Below are positions 13,120 through 25,450 of a DNA stretch of 64,000 nt, in pieces. Source of the DNA: Mobula hypostoma (Eukaryota); NCBI RefSeq assembly GCF_963921235.1, contig NC_086097.1, positions 7,998,001 through 8,062,000 of the forward strand, given 5' to 3'. The notes under the pieces were generated by a model. It worked only from the letters and a program-made list of their open reading frames with translations. It had not been told where the DNA came from and made no database searches. The position numbers and the translations under genes are program-made. Positions within the stretch are counted from its first letter, which is position 1, and each line of letters starts with the position of its first letter.

Positions 13120-13430
13120 CCCCCTCCCCCTTCACTTACCCACTCTGACCCATCACTTACCCCTGAGTAACCCCCTACTTCCCTTTCTCCTCTGACCCTC
13201 TCTTCTCTCCAAGCAGATTTCTTCTTCTCGAGCCCTTTCCCTCCCACCTAGCTTTACCTATCACATTCTAGCTATCCTCCATTCCCTCCCACCAACTTAC
13301 TATTCTGGAATCTTTCCCCTTACTTTTCAGTCCTAAGGAAGAGGCTCAGCCTGAAACATCGACTGTTTATTCATTTCCATATGTGCTGCCTGACCTGCTG
13401 AGTTCCTGCAGCATTTTGTCTGTGCTGTAC
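13120..13430 (+). mobile_element. Penelope-like pLTR copy with degenerate hammerhead
   Basis: CAGTC CTAAGGA AGAGGCTCAGCCT GAAA CATC GACTG plus the conserved downstream block. Confidence 0.7.
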
Positions 13431-13764
13431 AGACATATCCCTCCCATCCACCGATCCACTCGCGTACACAGGCAGACTTTCATCCCCCGGACAGGCCACA
13501 CCCAAGCCTCCAGCCTTCAGTTCCTGGTCTGGACTTGCAGATTTGTAAGCATTGGATATCCACTGCAGATAACTCCCACTGAGCCTCGTAAATATGGCCT
13601 CACATCCTTCTCTTCAACTACTCCCTCAGCAGAAGTGCCTTCATCTTTTTTTATTTCAAGCAGAACTGTTTTTGCAACTTTAAGTTGTGTGAGCATTATG
13701 AATCATCACATTCTTGGTGTCACTAGTAACGTATTTACTTGTTCATTTTAAAAATAATGCACAA

Positions 13765-14065
13765 CTGAGACTAGAACTAGAGGTCGTGGGTTAAGGGTGA
13801 AAAGAGAAATGTTTAAGGGAAACATGAGGGGGGAGGGGGAGCTTCTTCTGTCAAAGAGTGATAAGAGAGTGGAACAAGCTGCCAGTAGAAGTGGTGGATG
13901 TGGGTTTGATTTCAACATTTCAGAGAAATTCAGATGGGAACATGGATGGGAGGGGTATGGAGGGCTATGGTGTAGGTGCAGGTTGATGGGACTAGGAAGA
14001 TGAATGGTTCAGCATGGAATAGAAGGGCCAAAGGGCCTGTTTCTGTCCTGTAGTGTTCTCTGATG
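13765..14065 (+). mobile_element. CR1 LINE 3' end
   Basis: Homologous to the other CR1 3' ends (AGAACTAGAGGTC...GGGCCAAAGGGCCTGTTTCTG). Confidence 0.75.
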
Positions 14066-15499
14066 CTGTAACACACAACGTACAATGTAAATGTGGCTCC
14101 TCCGACTGAGTTTCTAATCAGTTGTGCAAAATAAGCCAGGCATAAAGGCACTAACTCTTGGCAGTGAGCAGATAGACCACCTGTTCTCAGTGGTTTGTCG
14201 AAGGGCACTTGTGCAGCTCAGATGTTTTTAAGTGCAAATCAGCTCAAGTCTGGATGTCGTTCTGGTCTAGTTTCTTGTGAGTATTTCATGGATACTTGTC
14301 TCTGGGGGCTATTCTTTGCATTACCCATTATTTAAAAAAATACTCCGAAAGATTAATAGTTATTTTAGCAATCACAGCTATCAAGCATTATAAATTGCAA
14401 AGATATCAGGGGATCTACAATCTAAGGCTTGTAAAGTTGTCACATAATCCAGTCAGAATCAGGTTCATTTGTCATTAACAAATATTGTTGGGGTTTGTCA
14501 TTTCACTGCAGTAATACATTACAATACATAAAAAATCCTGTGGGTTACAATAATAAATAGATAGATAGTTAGATAGTGAAGAAGCATAATAGATAGGTCG
14601 TGTTCTTGTCCATTCTGAAATGTGATGGTGGAGGGGAAGAAGCTATTCCTAAAACATCGACTGTGTGCCTTCAGGCTCCTGTAACTCCTCCTTGATAGTA
14701 GCAATGAGAAGCGAGCATGTCCTGGGAGATGGGAATTCTTAATGATTCGTGCTGCCTGTTTGTTCATGGTCTTGACAAGTTCAGAGCTAACTTTTGCATA
14801 CGTACAGCATTGCATTCATTCATGAGATGACTGCCAGATGGAAGGTGAAACCTATACTACAACAAAGCTTTGAGCTTATCATGAAATTGCTAATGATTTG
14901 TTTTTGACTTTTTCCAACCTACTGATGTGGCAATGTAGGAATAGTTGCTTTAGTGGCAGCTACTGTTCAGTACCTCAGCTTTTTCTTGGGAGGGATAATA
15001 TGTATTAACTGGAGGTGCAGCACTTTTATCGAACTTGGTAGGCCCACTGGACAATAATCATAGCAGGAATTGTATTCCTTTTTTTTCAACCTTCACCTCC
15101 TTAATGCAAAGCATTGAGGTTAAATGCTATAATGTCTTCACCAAGTAACTCCTCATGCTGATGACTGAACAGGGAGCTTTTCTGGCCGATGCAGATCATT
15201 GACACAACAAATTTCTTGCCATGCCTTTAGTTTTCCCACCTCAAGTTCAAGTTTATTGTCATTCGGCTGCATATGTCCACTGCCAAATGAAACAGACTTC
15301 CTCTGAACCAGGGTGAATCATACAATACATACAACTCACACATTTAACACATAGAGTAACATTACCACAAATAAATTAACAAATAATAAAGGGCATTTAG
15401 GATGCAAGTTAAAAGTAAGCAGTATAACGCCACTGTCACTTCACACGTGGGTTGCAGCAGAGAGTTCAGTAGTCTCATTAGAATCAGTTTTAATAAGTA

Positions 15500-16162
15500 A
15501 GAGGAAAAGGAGGGATTGGGACGTGATGCAGCTCGCAGCAGCCACTGCGGTGAATGATATCTGTTATTTGTCAAGTAGGGTGCCGTGCACAATCCTGATT
15601 TGATGGAGACAGAAGGGAGAAGCACGGAGGAACATCTGGTGAAATTTCTGAAATGCCTGTTTTGCTACTGCTGCTACTGCGTGATCCAGAATCTCCGGAG
15701 GAGAAGGCCCCGAGTCCTTGGCTTTGCTTGTTGCTCGGCGGCCGGGATGGGGTCGAAGCGCTCGGCAGAGGATGATGCTTGAAGAGGCTGTATCGGAGGA
15801 GCTGGTCGGAGGCTTGAAGTTTTCGGACGGACTCAGAGTCGGCTGTGGTCAGGTGCTTCCAATATATCGGCAGTTGTCGGCGCCTGGAGGTTTATGGCAG
15901 GGAGAGTTTCTCCCTTTTTCCACCTGCTATTGGGACTATCGGGAGTCGATCGGAACATTGATACCTTTTTTTACCCTGGTATTGCTTTGCACTGCTGTAA
16001 CTATATGTTATAATTATGCAGTTTTGTCAGTGTTAGTCTTTGGTTTGTCCTGTTTTTTTTGTGATATCACTCTGGAGGGACATTGTATCATTTCTTAATG
16101 CATGTATTTCTAAATGACAATAAACGAGGGCTGAGTGCCCTCATAATCTAATCTAATCTAAT
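15500..16162 (+). mobile_element. Unclassified CpG-rich non-autonomous element with Rex1-type 3' tail
   Basis: No RT similarity and CpG-rich body. Ends TGACAATAAA...(ATCTA)n like the Rex1 tail at 1458-1490. Confidence 0.55.
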
Positions 16163-16779
16163 ATCATGAGCATATGTTGTGGCAGCAGTACAGTGCAATA
16201 CATAAGAATCTATAATTTGCAATAAAATACACCATCATTCAAAGATACAAAGATTCAAAGTACATCTATCTATATACACAGATGCTTACATATTTCATGA
16301 CTTTCATGAAATTTCATGACGTATGCGAGCGATAATCAACTGATTCTGATATGGGTCTCTATTGTGGACATATATATAGACTTATGCACAGTACTGCATA
16401 AAATTATGTAATTAGTGCAAAAAGAGAAACAATAATGAGGTAGCGTCCGTGAGTTCAGTGTCTATTCAGAAATCTGACGGCATTGGGAAAGAAGCAGTTC
16501 CTAAAACATTGAGTGTGTCTCCTCCCTGATGGCAGCAGTGAGAAGGGGGCATGTCTTGGCTGATGGGGTCCTTAATAATTGATGCTCCTATTTAGAGGCC
16601 CCCCATGACCTGACAGAAGATGTTTCCTATTCCAACAGTTGTGGTCCTAATGCTAATGGTACCTCCTGCCTGATGGTAGGGAGATATTTGATACCTGATG
16701 ATACTTCTTTATTATCTCCTGGGCTAGAAATTTACCCTTAACTGACAATGTCTTGTGCTCAAACAGTTGGTCATTATGT

Positions 16780-17152
16780 GCCATACCATATGATGTAGGC
16801 AATCATTTTTCTTCCCATGATCATGTTTGTTCTTGACGAATTTTCTACAGAAGTAGTTTGCCATTTTCTTCTTCTGGTGAGTATCTTTACAAGATGGGTG
16901 GACCCAGCTATTGTCGATACTCTTCAGAGATTGTCTGCCTGGTGTCAGTGATCACATAACCAGGCCTTGTGATACACACGAGCTGCTCTTATGACCATCC
17001 ACCACCTGCTCTCATGGCTTCACATGGCCATGATCAGGGAGGGGCAAAGCAAGTGCTATCTATACCTTGCCCGAGGGTGACCCCCAGGCTAGCAGAGGAA
17101 AGAAGTGACTTAAGCCTCCTTTGGTAGAGATGTATCTTCATCCTGTCTCCCA
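16780..17152 (-). mobile_element. RTE-related SINE-like repeat
   Basis: Reverse complement of 24020-24395. Contains GAAGAAGAAAATGGCAAACTAC, a motif typical of RTE-derived SINEs. Confidence 0.65.
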
Positions 17153-17210
17153 AAGATGATCAATTATTCTCCACTTGCAAAATTCTGTTTCGTTGAATGG
17201 AAGTGGAGCA

Positions 17211-18055
17211 CTTTACTTTACTTTACACTTTATTGTCACCAAACAATTGTTACTAGAACGTACAATCATCATAGCGATATTTGATTCTGCGCTTCCCACT
17301 CCCTGGATTACAAATCGATAGTAAATATTAAAAATTTAAATTATAAATCATAAACAGAAAATAGAAAAATGGAAAGTAAGGTAGTACAAAAAAACCGAGA
17401 GGTAGGTCCGGATATGTGGAGGGTACGGCCCAGATCCGGATCAGGATCCGTTCAGCAGTCTTAGCACAGTTGGAAAGAAGCTGTTCCCAAATCTGGCCGT
17501 ACGAGTCTTCAAGCTCCTGAGCCTTCACCCGGAGGGAAGAGGGACGAAAAGTCTGTTGGCTGGGTGGGTCGTGTCCTTGATTATCCTGGCAGCACTGCTC
17601 CGACAGCGTGCGGTGTAAAGTGCGTCCAAGGTCGGAAGATTGGTTTGTGTGATGTGCTGTGCCGTGTTCACGATCTTCTGCAGCTTCTTCCGGTCTTAGA
17701 CAGGACAACTTCCATACCAGGTTGTGATGCACCCTAGAAGAATGCTTTCTATGGTGCATCTATAAAAATTAGTGAGGGTTTTAGGGGACAGGCCAAATTT
17801 CTTTAGTTTTCTCAGGAAGTAAAGGCGATGGTGGGCCTTCTTGGCAGTGAACTCTGCTTGGTTGGACCAAGACAGGTCATTTGTGATATTGACCCCGAGG
17901 AACTTAAAGTTTTGACCACCACCGATGTAAATTGGGTCGTGCGGTCCACTACTCCTTCTGAAGTCAACAACCAATTCCTTCGTCTTGCTGATGTTGAGGG
18001 ATAGATTATTGTCTTCGCACCATGCCACCAGGTTCTTAATTTCCTCTCTGTACAT
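17211..18055 (-). mobile_element. Rex1/Babar LINE 3' part (young subfamily)
   Basis: WCEDNNLSLNISKTKELVVDFRR...FKFLGV..RLYFLRKLKKF. Near-identical to 42548-43430. Confidence 0.95.
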
Positions 18056-18477
18056 CCAAGTCAGAATAAGATTCATTATCCCTGACTTATATGATCTGAA
18101 ATTTATTGATTTTTGGTCACAGTACACAAGACATAAAATTACTATAAATTGCAAAACACAACAAAAAAGAACGAGTTAGTGTTCATGGACCATTCAGAAA
18201 TCTGATAGTGGACAGAATGAATCTGTTCCTGAATTGTCAAAAGTGGATCTTCAGGTTCCTGTCCCTCTTCTGTCCATTGACACAACATTCCCAGCATCAA
18301 TGGATGATATTACATTGAATATAGAACATTACAGCACAGTGCAGCCCCTTCAGCCCACAATGTTGTGCTGACCCTTTAACTTACTCTCAGATTCATCTAA
18401 CACTTCTCTCTTACATTATTCTATCATTGATGTGCCTTATAACTATTGGTCAAAATGTGAGCCATGTCAACCTTTCA

Positions 18478-19100
18478 TGAACACTAGGCATTCAGCAGGT
18501 GCTGGAAGTTTTAGGCAACACTTACAGAATGCTGTTGAATTTGACATGTCAGGAAGCATCAATGGAGGGAAACAAAAAGCTGACATTTTGGGCTGAGACC
18601 CTTCATCAGTGCTGGAAGGGAAGGGGGAAGGAGCCAAAATACGAAGGTGGAGGAGGGAAGGATGACTAGCTGGCAAGTGAAGGTAAGACCAAGTGAGGGG
18701 GTAGATGGACGGCTGTGGGAGGGTTAATGAAGTAAAAAGCTGAGAGGGAAGAGGTGGAAGGGGAAAAGGGCTGAAGAAGAAGGAATCTAATCGAAGATGA
18801 CAATCTACCTTAGAATAAAGGGAAGGAGAAGGGAAACCAGAGGGAGGTGATGGGCATTTGAGGAGAAGAGAATGCGTGAGAGGGTAACCAAAATAAGGAA
18901 TGGGAAAAAGAGAGAAGGAGGTACAGGGTAAAAATTAACGGTTGTTAGAGAAATCAAGGATCATGCCATCAGGTTGGAGACTACCAGATGGAACGTGAGG
19001 TATTGCTCCTCCAACCTGAGATTGAGCTCATCGTGGCAGTAGAGGTGGTCACAAGCAGACATGTCAGGATGGGGCTGAAATGGGTAGACACTGAGAGGTC
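18478..19100 (-). mobile_element. Penelope-like element 3' end (GIY-YIG C-terminus, UTR, degenerate hammerhead)
   Basis: Minus strand of 18940-19070 encodes a decayed ...YCHDE..RLEEQ.L.F...LQPDGM..DFSN. Hammerhead remnant CTGATGA AGGGTCTCAGCCC AAAA TGTC at about 18578-18612. Confidence 0.8.
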
Positions 19101-19374
19101 CTGCCTTCAGTATTTGGCAGACTGAAGGTGGTACGACTTTTTAAGTTTAATTATCATTCAGCCATTCATGAAACCAAAGCACCAAGCAAATTCCAGAGGG
19201 CAGCACTGATGGATTCCAGCATGCCCACAAAGGCCTCTGCTGTCTGATGCACTGTCTCTGCAACTGCTCTTATTGGCGGCTGCAACAGGTGATCCCGTGG
19301 CATGTGGACCTTATCTACACCACAACTGAGGTAGCACAGCTCATCAGTGAACCAGGGATGCAGTATTCTACGTT

Positions 19375-19530
19375 ATAACCATATAACAATTACAGCACGG
19401 AAACAGGCCATCTCGGCCCTTCGAGTCCGTGCCGAACTCTTACTCTCACCTAGTGCCACCGACCTGCGCTCAGCTCATAACCCTCCATTCCTTACCTGTC
19501 CATATAGCTATCCAATTTAACTTTAAATAA
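19375..19530 (-). mobile_element. CR1 3' tail fragment
   Basis: Reverse complement of 20670-20830. (TATATGGT)n tail. Confidence 0.85.
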
Positions 19531-19908
19531 CATCAATGTGATCACAAGAAAAATGGCAAAGACAATCACTTGTACTGTTTGTTGAGCTGTTGACTGCCTC
19601 GGCACAACAGCGGTATGCAACAATTCGAGGAGACAACACAGCAACCCGCTGCTTTGGTAGACCTGCAGTACTTGATTCAAGATTCAAGATGGTTTAATAC
19701 CACTCTCTGTACACATGTGTGAGGAGAACGAAATAGTTGTTACTCCGGATCCAATGCAGCACAAAAATAACCCCACAAAAATCAAGATAAAGTAAATTCA
19801 AAGACAAAGTAAAAATTTATTATCAGAGTCCATATATGTCATCACATACTACCCTGAGATTCTTTTTCTGCAGGCATACTTAGCAAATCTATAGAATGGT
19901 CATTGTAA

Positions 19909-20830
19909 ATGATACTAAGATAGGTGGAGTTGTGGATAATGAAGTAGGTTTTCAAAACTTGCAGAAAGATTTAGGCCAGTTAGAAGAGTGGGCTGAAAGA
20001 TGGCAGATGGAGTTGAATGCTGATAAATGTGAGGTGCTACATTTTGGTAGGACTAATCAAAATAGGACATACATGGTAAATGGTAGGGTATTGAAGAATG
20101 CAGTAGAACAGAGGGATCTAGGAATAATGGTGCATAGTTCCCTGAAGGTGGAATCTCATGTGGATAGGGTGGTGAAGAAAGCTTTTGGTATGCTGGCCTT
20201 TACTAATCAGAGCATTGAGTATAGGAGTTGGGATGTAATGTTGAAATTGTACAAGGCATTGGTGAGGCCAAATCTGGAGTATTGTGTACAGTTTTGGTCA
20301 CCGAATTATAGGAAAGATATCAACAAAATAGAGAGAGTACAGAGAAGATTTACTAGAATGTTACCTGGGTTTCATCACCTAAGTTACAGAGAAAGGCTAA
20401 ATAAGTTGGGTCTTTATTCTTTGGAACGTAGAAGGTTGAGGGGGGACTTGATAGAGGTATTTGAAATCATGACGGGGGATGGATAGAGTTGACGTGGATA
20501 GGCTTTTTCCATTGAGAGTGGGGGAGATTCAAACAAGAGGACATGAGTTGAGAGTTAAAGGGCAAAAGTTTAGCTGTAACATGAGGGGGAACTTCTTTAC
20601 TCAGAGAGTGGTAGCTGTGTGGAATGAGCTTCCAGCAGAAGTGGTTGAGGCAGGTTTGGTGTTGTTGTTTAAAGTTAAATTGGACAGCTATATGGACAGG
20701 AAAGGAATGGAGGGTTATGGGCTGAGTGCAGGTCGGTGGGACTAGGTGAGAGTAAGAGTTCGGCACAGACTAGAAGGGTCAAGATGGCCTGTTTCTGTGA
20801 TGTAATTGTTACATGGTTATATGGTTATAA
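19909..20830 (+). mobile_element. CR1 LINE, 5'-truncated, young
   Basis: ORF 19896-20486 DTKIGG..LQKDL..W...WQM..N.DKC...LYKALVRPNLEYCVQFWSP...LRGDLIEVF. (TATATGGT)n tail. Inserted in a Rex1 3'UTR. Confidence 0.95.
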
Positions 20831-22009
20831 ATAGGATCAGTGGACAACAAACTGCGCAAATGCAAATATAAATAAGTAGCAATAAATAATGAGCATGAAA
20901 GAACAAGATAAATGAGTCTTTGAAACGATAAAGAACACAATAAGTACATAAGATAGCTCATATTCAAAAAGTAATTTTTCACTGTAATGCCTTAAATAAG
21001 AATTCTAAAAATTCTACAAAACTCAGGTCTAGTATTTGTCTGTTTTTTCGTACTCTGCAAGGGTACGTATATGGCATTTACAAAGCAATCACTCAACCTT
21101 TGAGATTTCCATCTTATGAAGGCACCAGAGTGCTATCTACACTCCAGATCACTGGAGCTATTCAATCCATGTGTGGCTGTTGTGGGGAGGGCGGTCGTGG
21201 GGGGTGGAGGAAGTTGAGTGCATGAATAAGAGGCACTGCAAATCCTACAGGCAGAAGAACAGTGTCAATTAGTCTTAACTCTCGCTTGATAGCCGCCGTG
21301 GGGGATGTTGTTGTAGAAGTGTAAAAAAAAGATCTCAGACAGGTTATTCAGGTAGGGAGACAAAAAGAGTTTTTTGCTTAATGGTGTGGACTCGACAGGA
21401 TGTAAAAGGTAAAAAGGTAACAGTTGTAAATTAATATAGCAAATCGTGAACTCTGAGGGGAAGCAAGGCATCTGGAAAAAATTCATTGTATGTGAGTTGT
21501 GTCATAGTTCACTTCAAATTCATTTGTGAGGTAAACCAAAGATATTTTATAGTTTGTACAAATAAGGAAATAATATGATCTTAATTGAAGTCAAACAAAA
21601 TAGGAATTATTTCTAAACTAATATAAGCCATATTTATGTTGCTATTTTCTGACGTGGGAACATATAAATCCTGAACCATATGTTATTCCATGATATATGT
21701 GGTACCTACTGAAATGCGCAATTGATGTTCAGAACAATTGAATCCATGCTACAAATAGTTATTTGAAATATGTGTGTGTTTTGCATGAAAGCTACAGCTT
21801 TCTAACAAATTTGTAATGATTATCATTTTGCAAAGTGGAAGTCTGAATTATCATTGAAGTTAAACTACTGAAATGAAAAGCAGCTCTGCTCTTCATCAGT
21901 TTCCTTTACTTTCTGCATTTTACTCGATAAAACAATGAATTCTATCTTTCTCATTTGATAATTCTATTGCAAACCTTTCAGACTTTGCCACAAAGAAAAA
22001 GTCACTGAA

Positions 22010-22995
22010 ATTTACAAGGATGTTGCTGGGTCTGGAGGACCTGAGTTATAAGGAAAGACTGAATTGGTTAGGCCTTTATTTTTTGGAACATAGAAGATTG
22101 AGAGGTGATTTGATAGAGGTATACAAAATTATGAGAGGTATAAATTTTTCCACTGAGATTTGGTGGGAATACAACCAGCAGTCATGGGTTAAGAGTGAAA
22201 GGTGAAAAGTTTAAGGGAACATGAGGGGAAACTTCTTTATTCAGAGGGTGGTGAGAGTGTGGAATGAGCTGCCAATGCAAATACTACATGCAATCTTGAT
22301 TTCAATGTTAAGAGGAAGTTTGGATAGTTACATGGATGGAAGGCATATGGAGGGCTATGTTCCCGGTGCAGGTTGATGGGAGTAGTTTAAATGGTTCAGC
22401 ATCGACCAGGGGTGCAGTGCTAGCCAGAGCACACCCAGCACATCTTTAAGAAAAAAGCTGAAATAAACAAGCTAATTAATTAGGTGCTGCCTGGCACGTA
22501 AATGTCGGCCCAGATCAGAGGCGATTGCTGAGTTCGCTTGCTCTAAATGACGTTCTCTCCTCTTTCCAAGGCGCTGGAGCCTTTAGCTGTTCCATTGTTT
22601 GGTCAATTTAAATGCCACCCCAGACAGGCTGAAAAGATAGGGCTGTCAGGATCGAGGTGACATGTTGAATCTACACAAACTTCAAACAAAGTATAGGTGC
22701 TGCCGTGCTTTCTTTGTAATGACAGTTACGTGCTGGTCCAAGAACGGATCCTCTGACACTTTTCAGGGAGAGAAATGTCGATCCTTAATGCCGAAGAATT
22801 TAAAGTTATTGACCCTCTCCACCTCAGTTCCTCTAATAAAGACTGGCTTCTGGGCGGCACCTAATTAATTAACTTGTTTATTTCGGCTTTTGTCTTAAAG
22901 ATGGCTGGGTGCGCTCCAGCTATCACTGCACCCCTGGCATGGACTAGATAGGTGAGGGGCCTGTTTCTGTGCTGTACTTTTCTATGATCCTGACT
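22010..22995 (+). mobile_element. CR1 LINE 3' end interrupted by a hAT MITE
   Basis: LSYKERLNWLGLYFLEHRRLRGDLIEVYK. The UTR resumes at 22937. Confidence 0.85.
22407..22936. mobile_element. hAT-superfamily MITE
   Basis: Ends CAGGGGTG...CACCCCTG with about 85-bp imperfect TIRs. 8-bp TSD GCATCGAC (22399-22406) / GCATGGAC (22937-22944). Confidence 0.85.
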
Positions 22996-23004
22996 ATAAT
23001 AAGG

Positions 23005-23305
23005 GCAACTTGGTGTGTTAGTAGCACAACGCTATTGCAGCGTGCAGTATTCTGGAGTTCAGAGTTCGATTCCGCAGCCGTCTGTAAGGAGTCTTTACAT
23101 ACTCCCCATGACTGCATGCGTTTCCTCTGGGTGCTGCAGTTTCCTCCCACATTCCAAAGGCACACCAGTTAGTAGGTTATTCGGTCCTTGTAAATTGCCC
23201 TGTGAATGGGCTAGGGTTAAATATGTGGTTGCTGGATGGTGCAGCTTGGTGGGATGGAAGGGCCTATTCCATGATGTATCTCTAAACAAATAAATAAACA
23301 AACAA
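23005..23305 (+). mobile_element. tRNA-derived V-SINE (HE1-like)
   Basis: B-box GAGTTCGATTCC, V-domain GCGTTTCCTCTGGGTGCTGCAGTTTCCTCCCAC, CR1-like 3' end and (TAAA)n tail. Confidence 0.8.
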
Positions 23306-23904
23306 TCAGCCATTTGGTTCTAAGTGTATGCTCTTTCCTGAGCGTGTCTGTGTGCTAATAAATTATCCGCAACAACAGCTAACGTAGCAAAGTTGCAATC
23401 ACCTACAGAGGGTCACTTAGAGCAGGTATTTTGTGGAGTTCCTATTTCAGTGAGGTTGTAAAGATCTACCCATGATGAGTTGGAGACACCAATAGCACGT
23501 TTGAAAATATTTCCTTTCAAAACATTGATGATTAATTGTCCTTTCCCTTGAAACACGGAGAAAGTAATCTGCACAATAAGTGGCAGCAATGCTTGGAGAG
23601 AGTGGAAGGTCTTATTCAGTTCAAAAGATGAATAAGGGGACCTGTTTTAGCCAAAAGGCTCATTGTGATCTGCTGGGAGAAGTTGGTGTGTTAGAGTTGC
23701 TACTGGAATAACTAATCAACTCCAAACTGAAATTCAGTTATTGAGAAGTGGATTAAATGATACCATATTAGCGGACACCTCAGGGGATTTTTCCCTGTTC
23801 CATACAAAATAGGGATTAGGGCATTCTATTCAATCTGTCAAGTACATTCTGACATTCACTAGTTGACCTATAACTCTATTTGCGTACTGTAAGTTGATCC
23901 AGGA

Positions 23905-24605
23905 ATTTATTTATTTTATTTTATTTGGAGACACAGAACGGAACAGGCCCTACCGTCCGAACAAGCTGCACTGCCCAACAACGCTTATTTAACACTAGCC
24001 TATTCACAAGATAGTTGGTGGGGATCTACCAAAGGAGATGTAAGGCACTCTTTCCTCCCACTCGCCAGCAGGTCACCCTTGGACAAAGAGTAGCACCTGC
24101 TTATCTCCCCCCACCAACAAACCCCACAATCAGGGTCACATGAAGCCATGGGAGCAGGTGGTGGATGGTCGTGTGAGCAGCTGGTGCATATCACAAGTCC
24201 TGGGTATGCGACCACTGACACCAGGCGGACAGTCTCTGAAGAGTATTGATAATGACTGGGGTCACCCATCTTGTAAAGACACTGCCCAGAAGAAGACCAT
24301 AGCAAACTGCTTCTGGAGAAGCTTTTGCCAAGAGCAATCATAGTCATGGAAAGACCATGATCGCCCATGTCATATGACGTGACATATAACAAATGAACTA
24401 CTGACAGGACAATTTAAATGAACAATTAACTTACTCACTGATATGTCTTTGAAATGTGGGAGGAAACCGGAGCATCTGGAGAAAACCCACACATTCACGG
24501 GGAGAAACGTACAAGTACCTTATAGGGGATGCTGGAATTGAACTCCAGCCTCTGATGCACTAAGCTGTTAGAGCATTGTACAACCACTACAGTACCGTGG
24601 TTCTC
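23905..24605 (-). mobile_element. V-SINE interrupted by an RTE-related SINE
   Basis: Tail at 23905-24005 and head/V-domain at 24400-24605 flank the 24020-24395 insertion. Confidence 0.7.
24020..24395 (+). mobile_element. RTE-related SINE-like repeat
   Basis: Four copies in the window (16780-, 24020+, 32205/33330+, 47190+). RTE-type GAAGAAG..AATGGCAAACCAC motif, clearest in the sister copies. Confidence 0.65.
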
Positions 24606-25164
24606 AATCAGTACCAATGGCCTGCAAAAACCTACCAATCTCTTACTTAGAACTGTGTACAGAGCACTGTTGCTGAAAGGATGTCAAATTTCCACTGCAC
24701 ATTACTATTGCCCAACTTCTCTCTGTGATGGTTTTGTTCCTTTTTGTTTAGATAGACCAGCAAAATTTTTTTGTTCTTCTGGTGGATTTTCAGTTCCTAT
24801 CAAACAGTTAAACAGTGTTATAATTACAGAAATATAACATTCCAGAAGGAGGCTACTTTATCCATCATGGCCCACCACCTATGGAATATTGGCAGGTCTG
24901 GATAGAGTGGAATTGGAGAGAGTAGGGAAGTCTCGGGCACAAGCTCAGCATAAAGGGATGTCCCTTTAAAATTAAAATGAGGGGAATTTTCTTCTGCCGA
25001 AGGGTAGCAAATCTGTGTAATTCCTTACCACAGACATTGGTGGAGGCCAAGTTATTGAATGTACTTAAGGTAGAGTTTGAATATCCTTGAATCAGAATTA
25101 GAATTAGTTTTAATATCACTGGCAAATTTGGCAAAATTTGTTCTTTTGTGGCAGCAGTGTTGAT

Positions 25165-25450
25165 ACTGTGGTAGTGTAGTGGGTAGCATGATGCTATCAC
25201 ATATCAGGGAATTTCGGACTTTGGAGTTCTATTCTGGCACTGTTCTGTAAGGAGCCACTGTACGTGTTCCCAGTGGAATGTGAGTGTTTTCTCCTGGTGG
25301 TCCAGTTTCCTCACACTGTCTAAAGACACCCCGGGTAGGTTAATCCATCCTTGTAAATTGTCCCATGATTAGGTTAGGGTTAACTGGGGAAGCATGGCTT
25401 GAAGGGCCAGAAGAGCCAACTCCATGCTGTATCACTAAAATAAAATAATA
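25165..25450 (+). mobile_element. V-SINE (HE1-like)
   Basis: Same head, V-domain and tail as 23005-23305. Confidence 0.7.
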
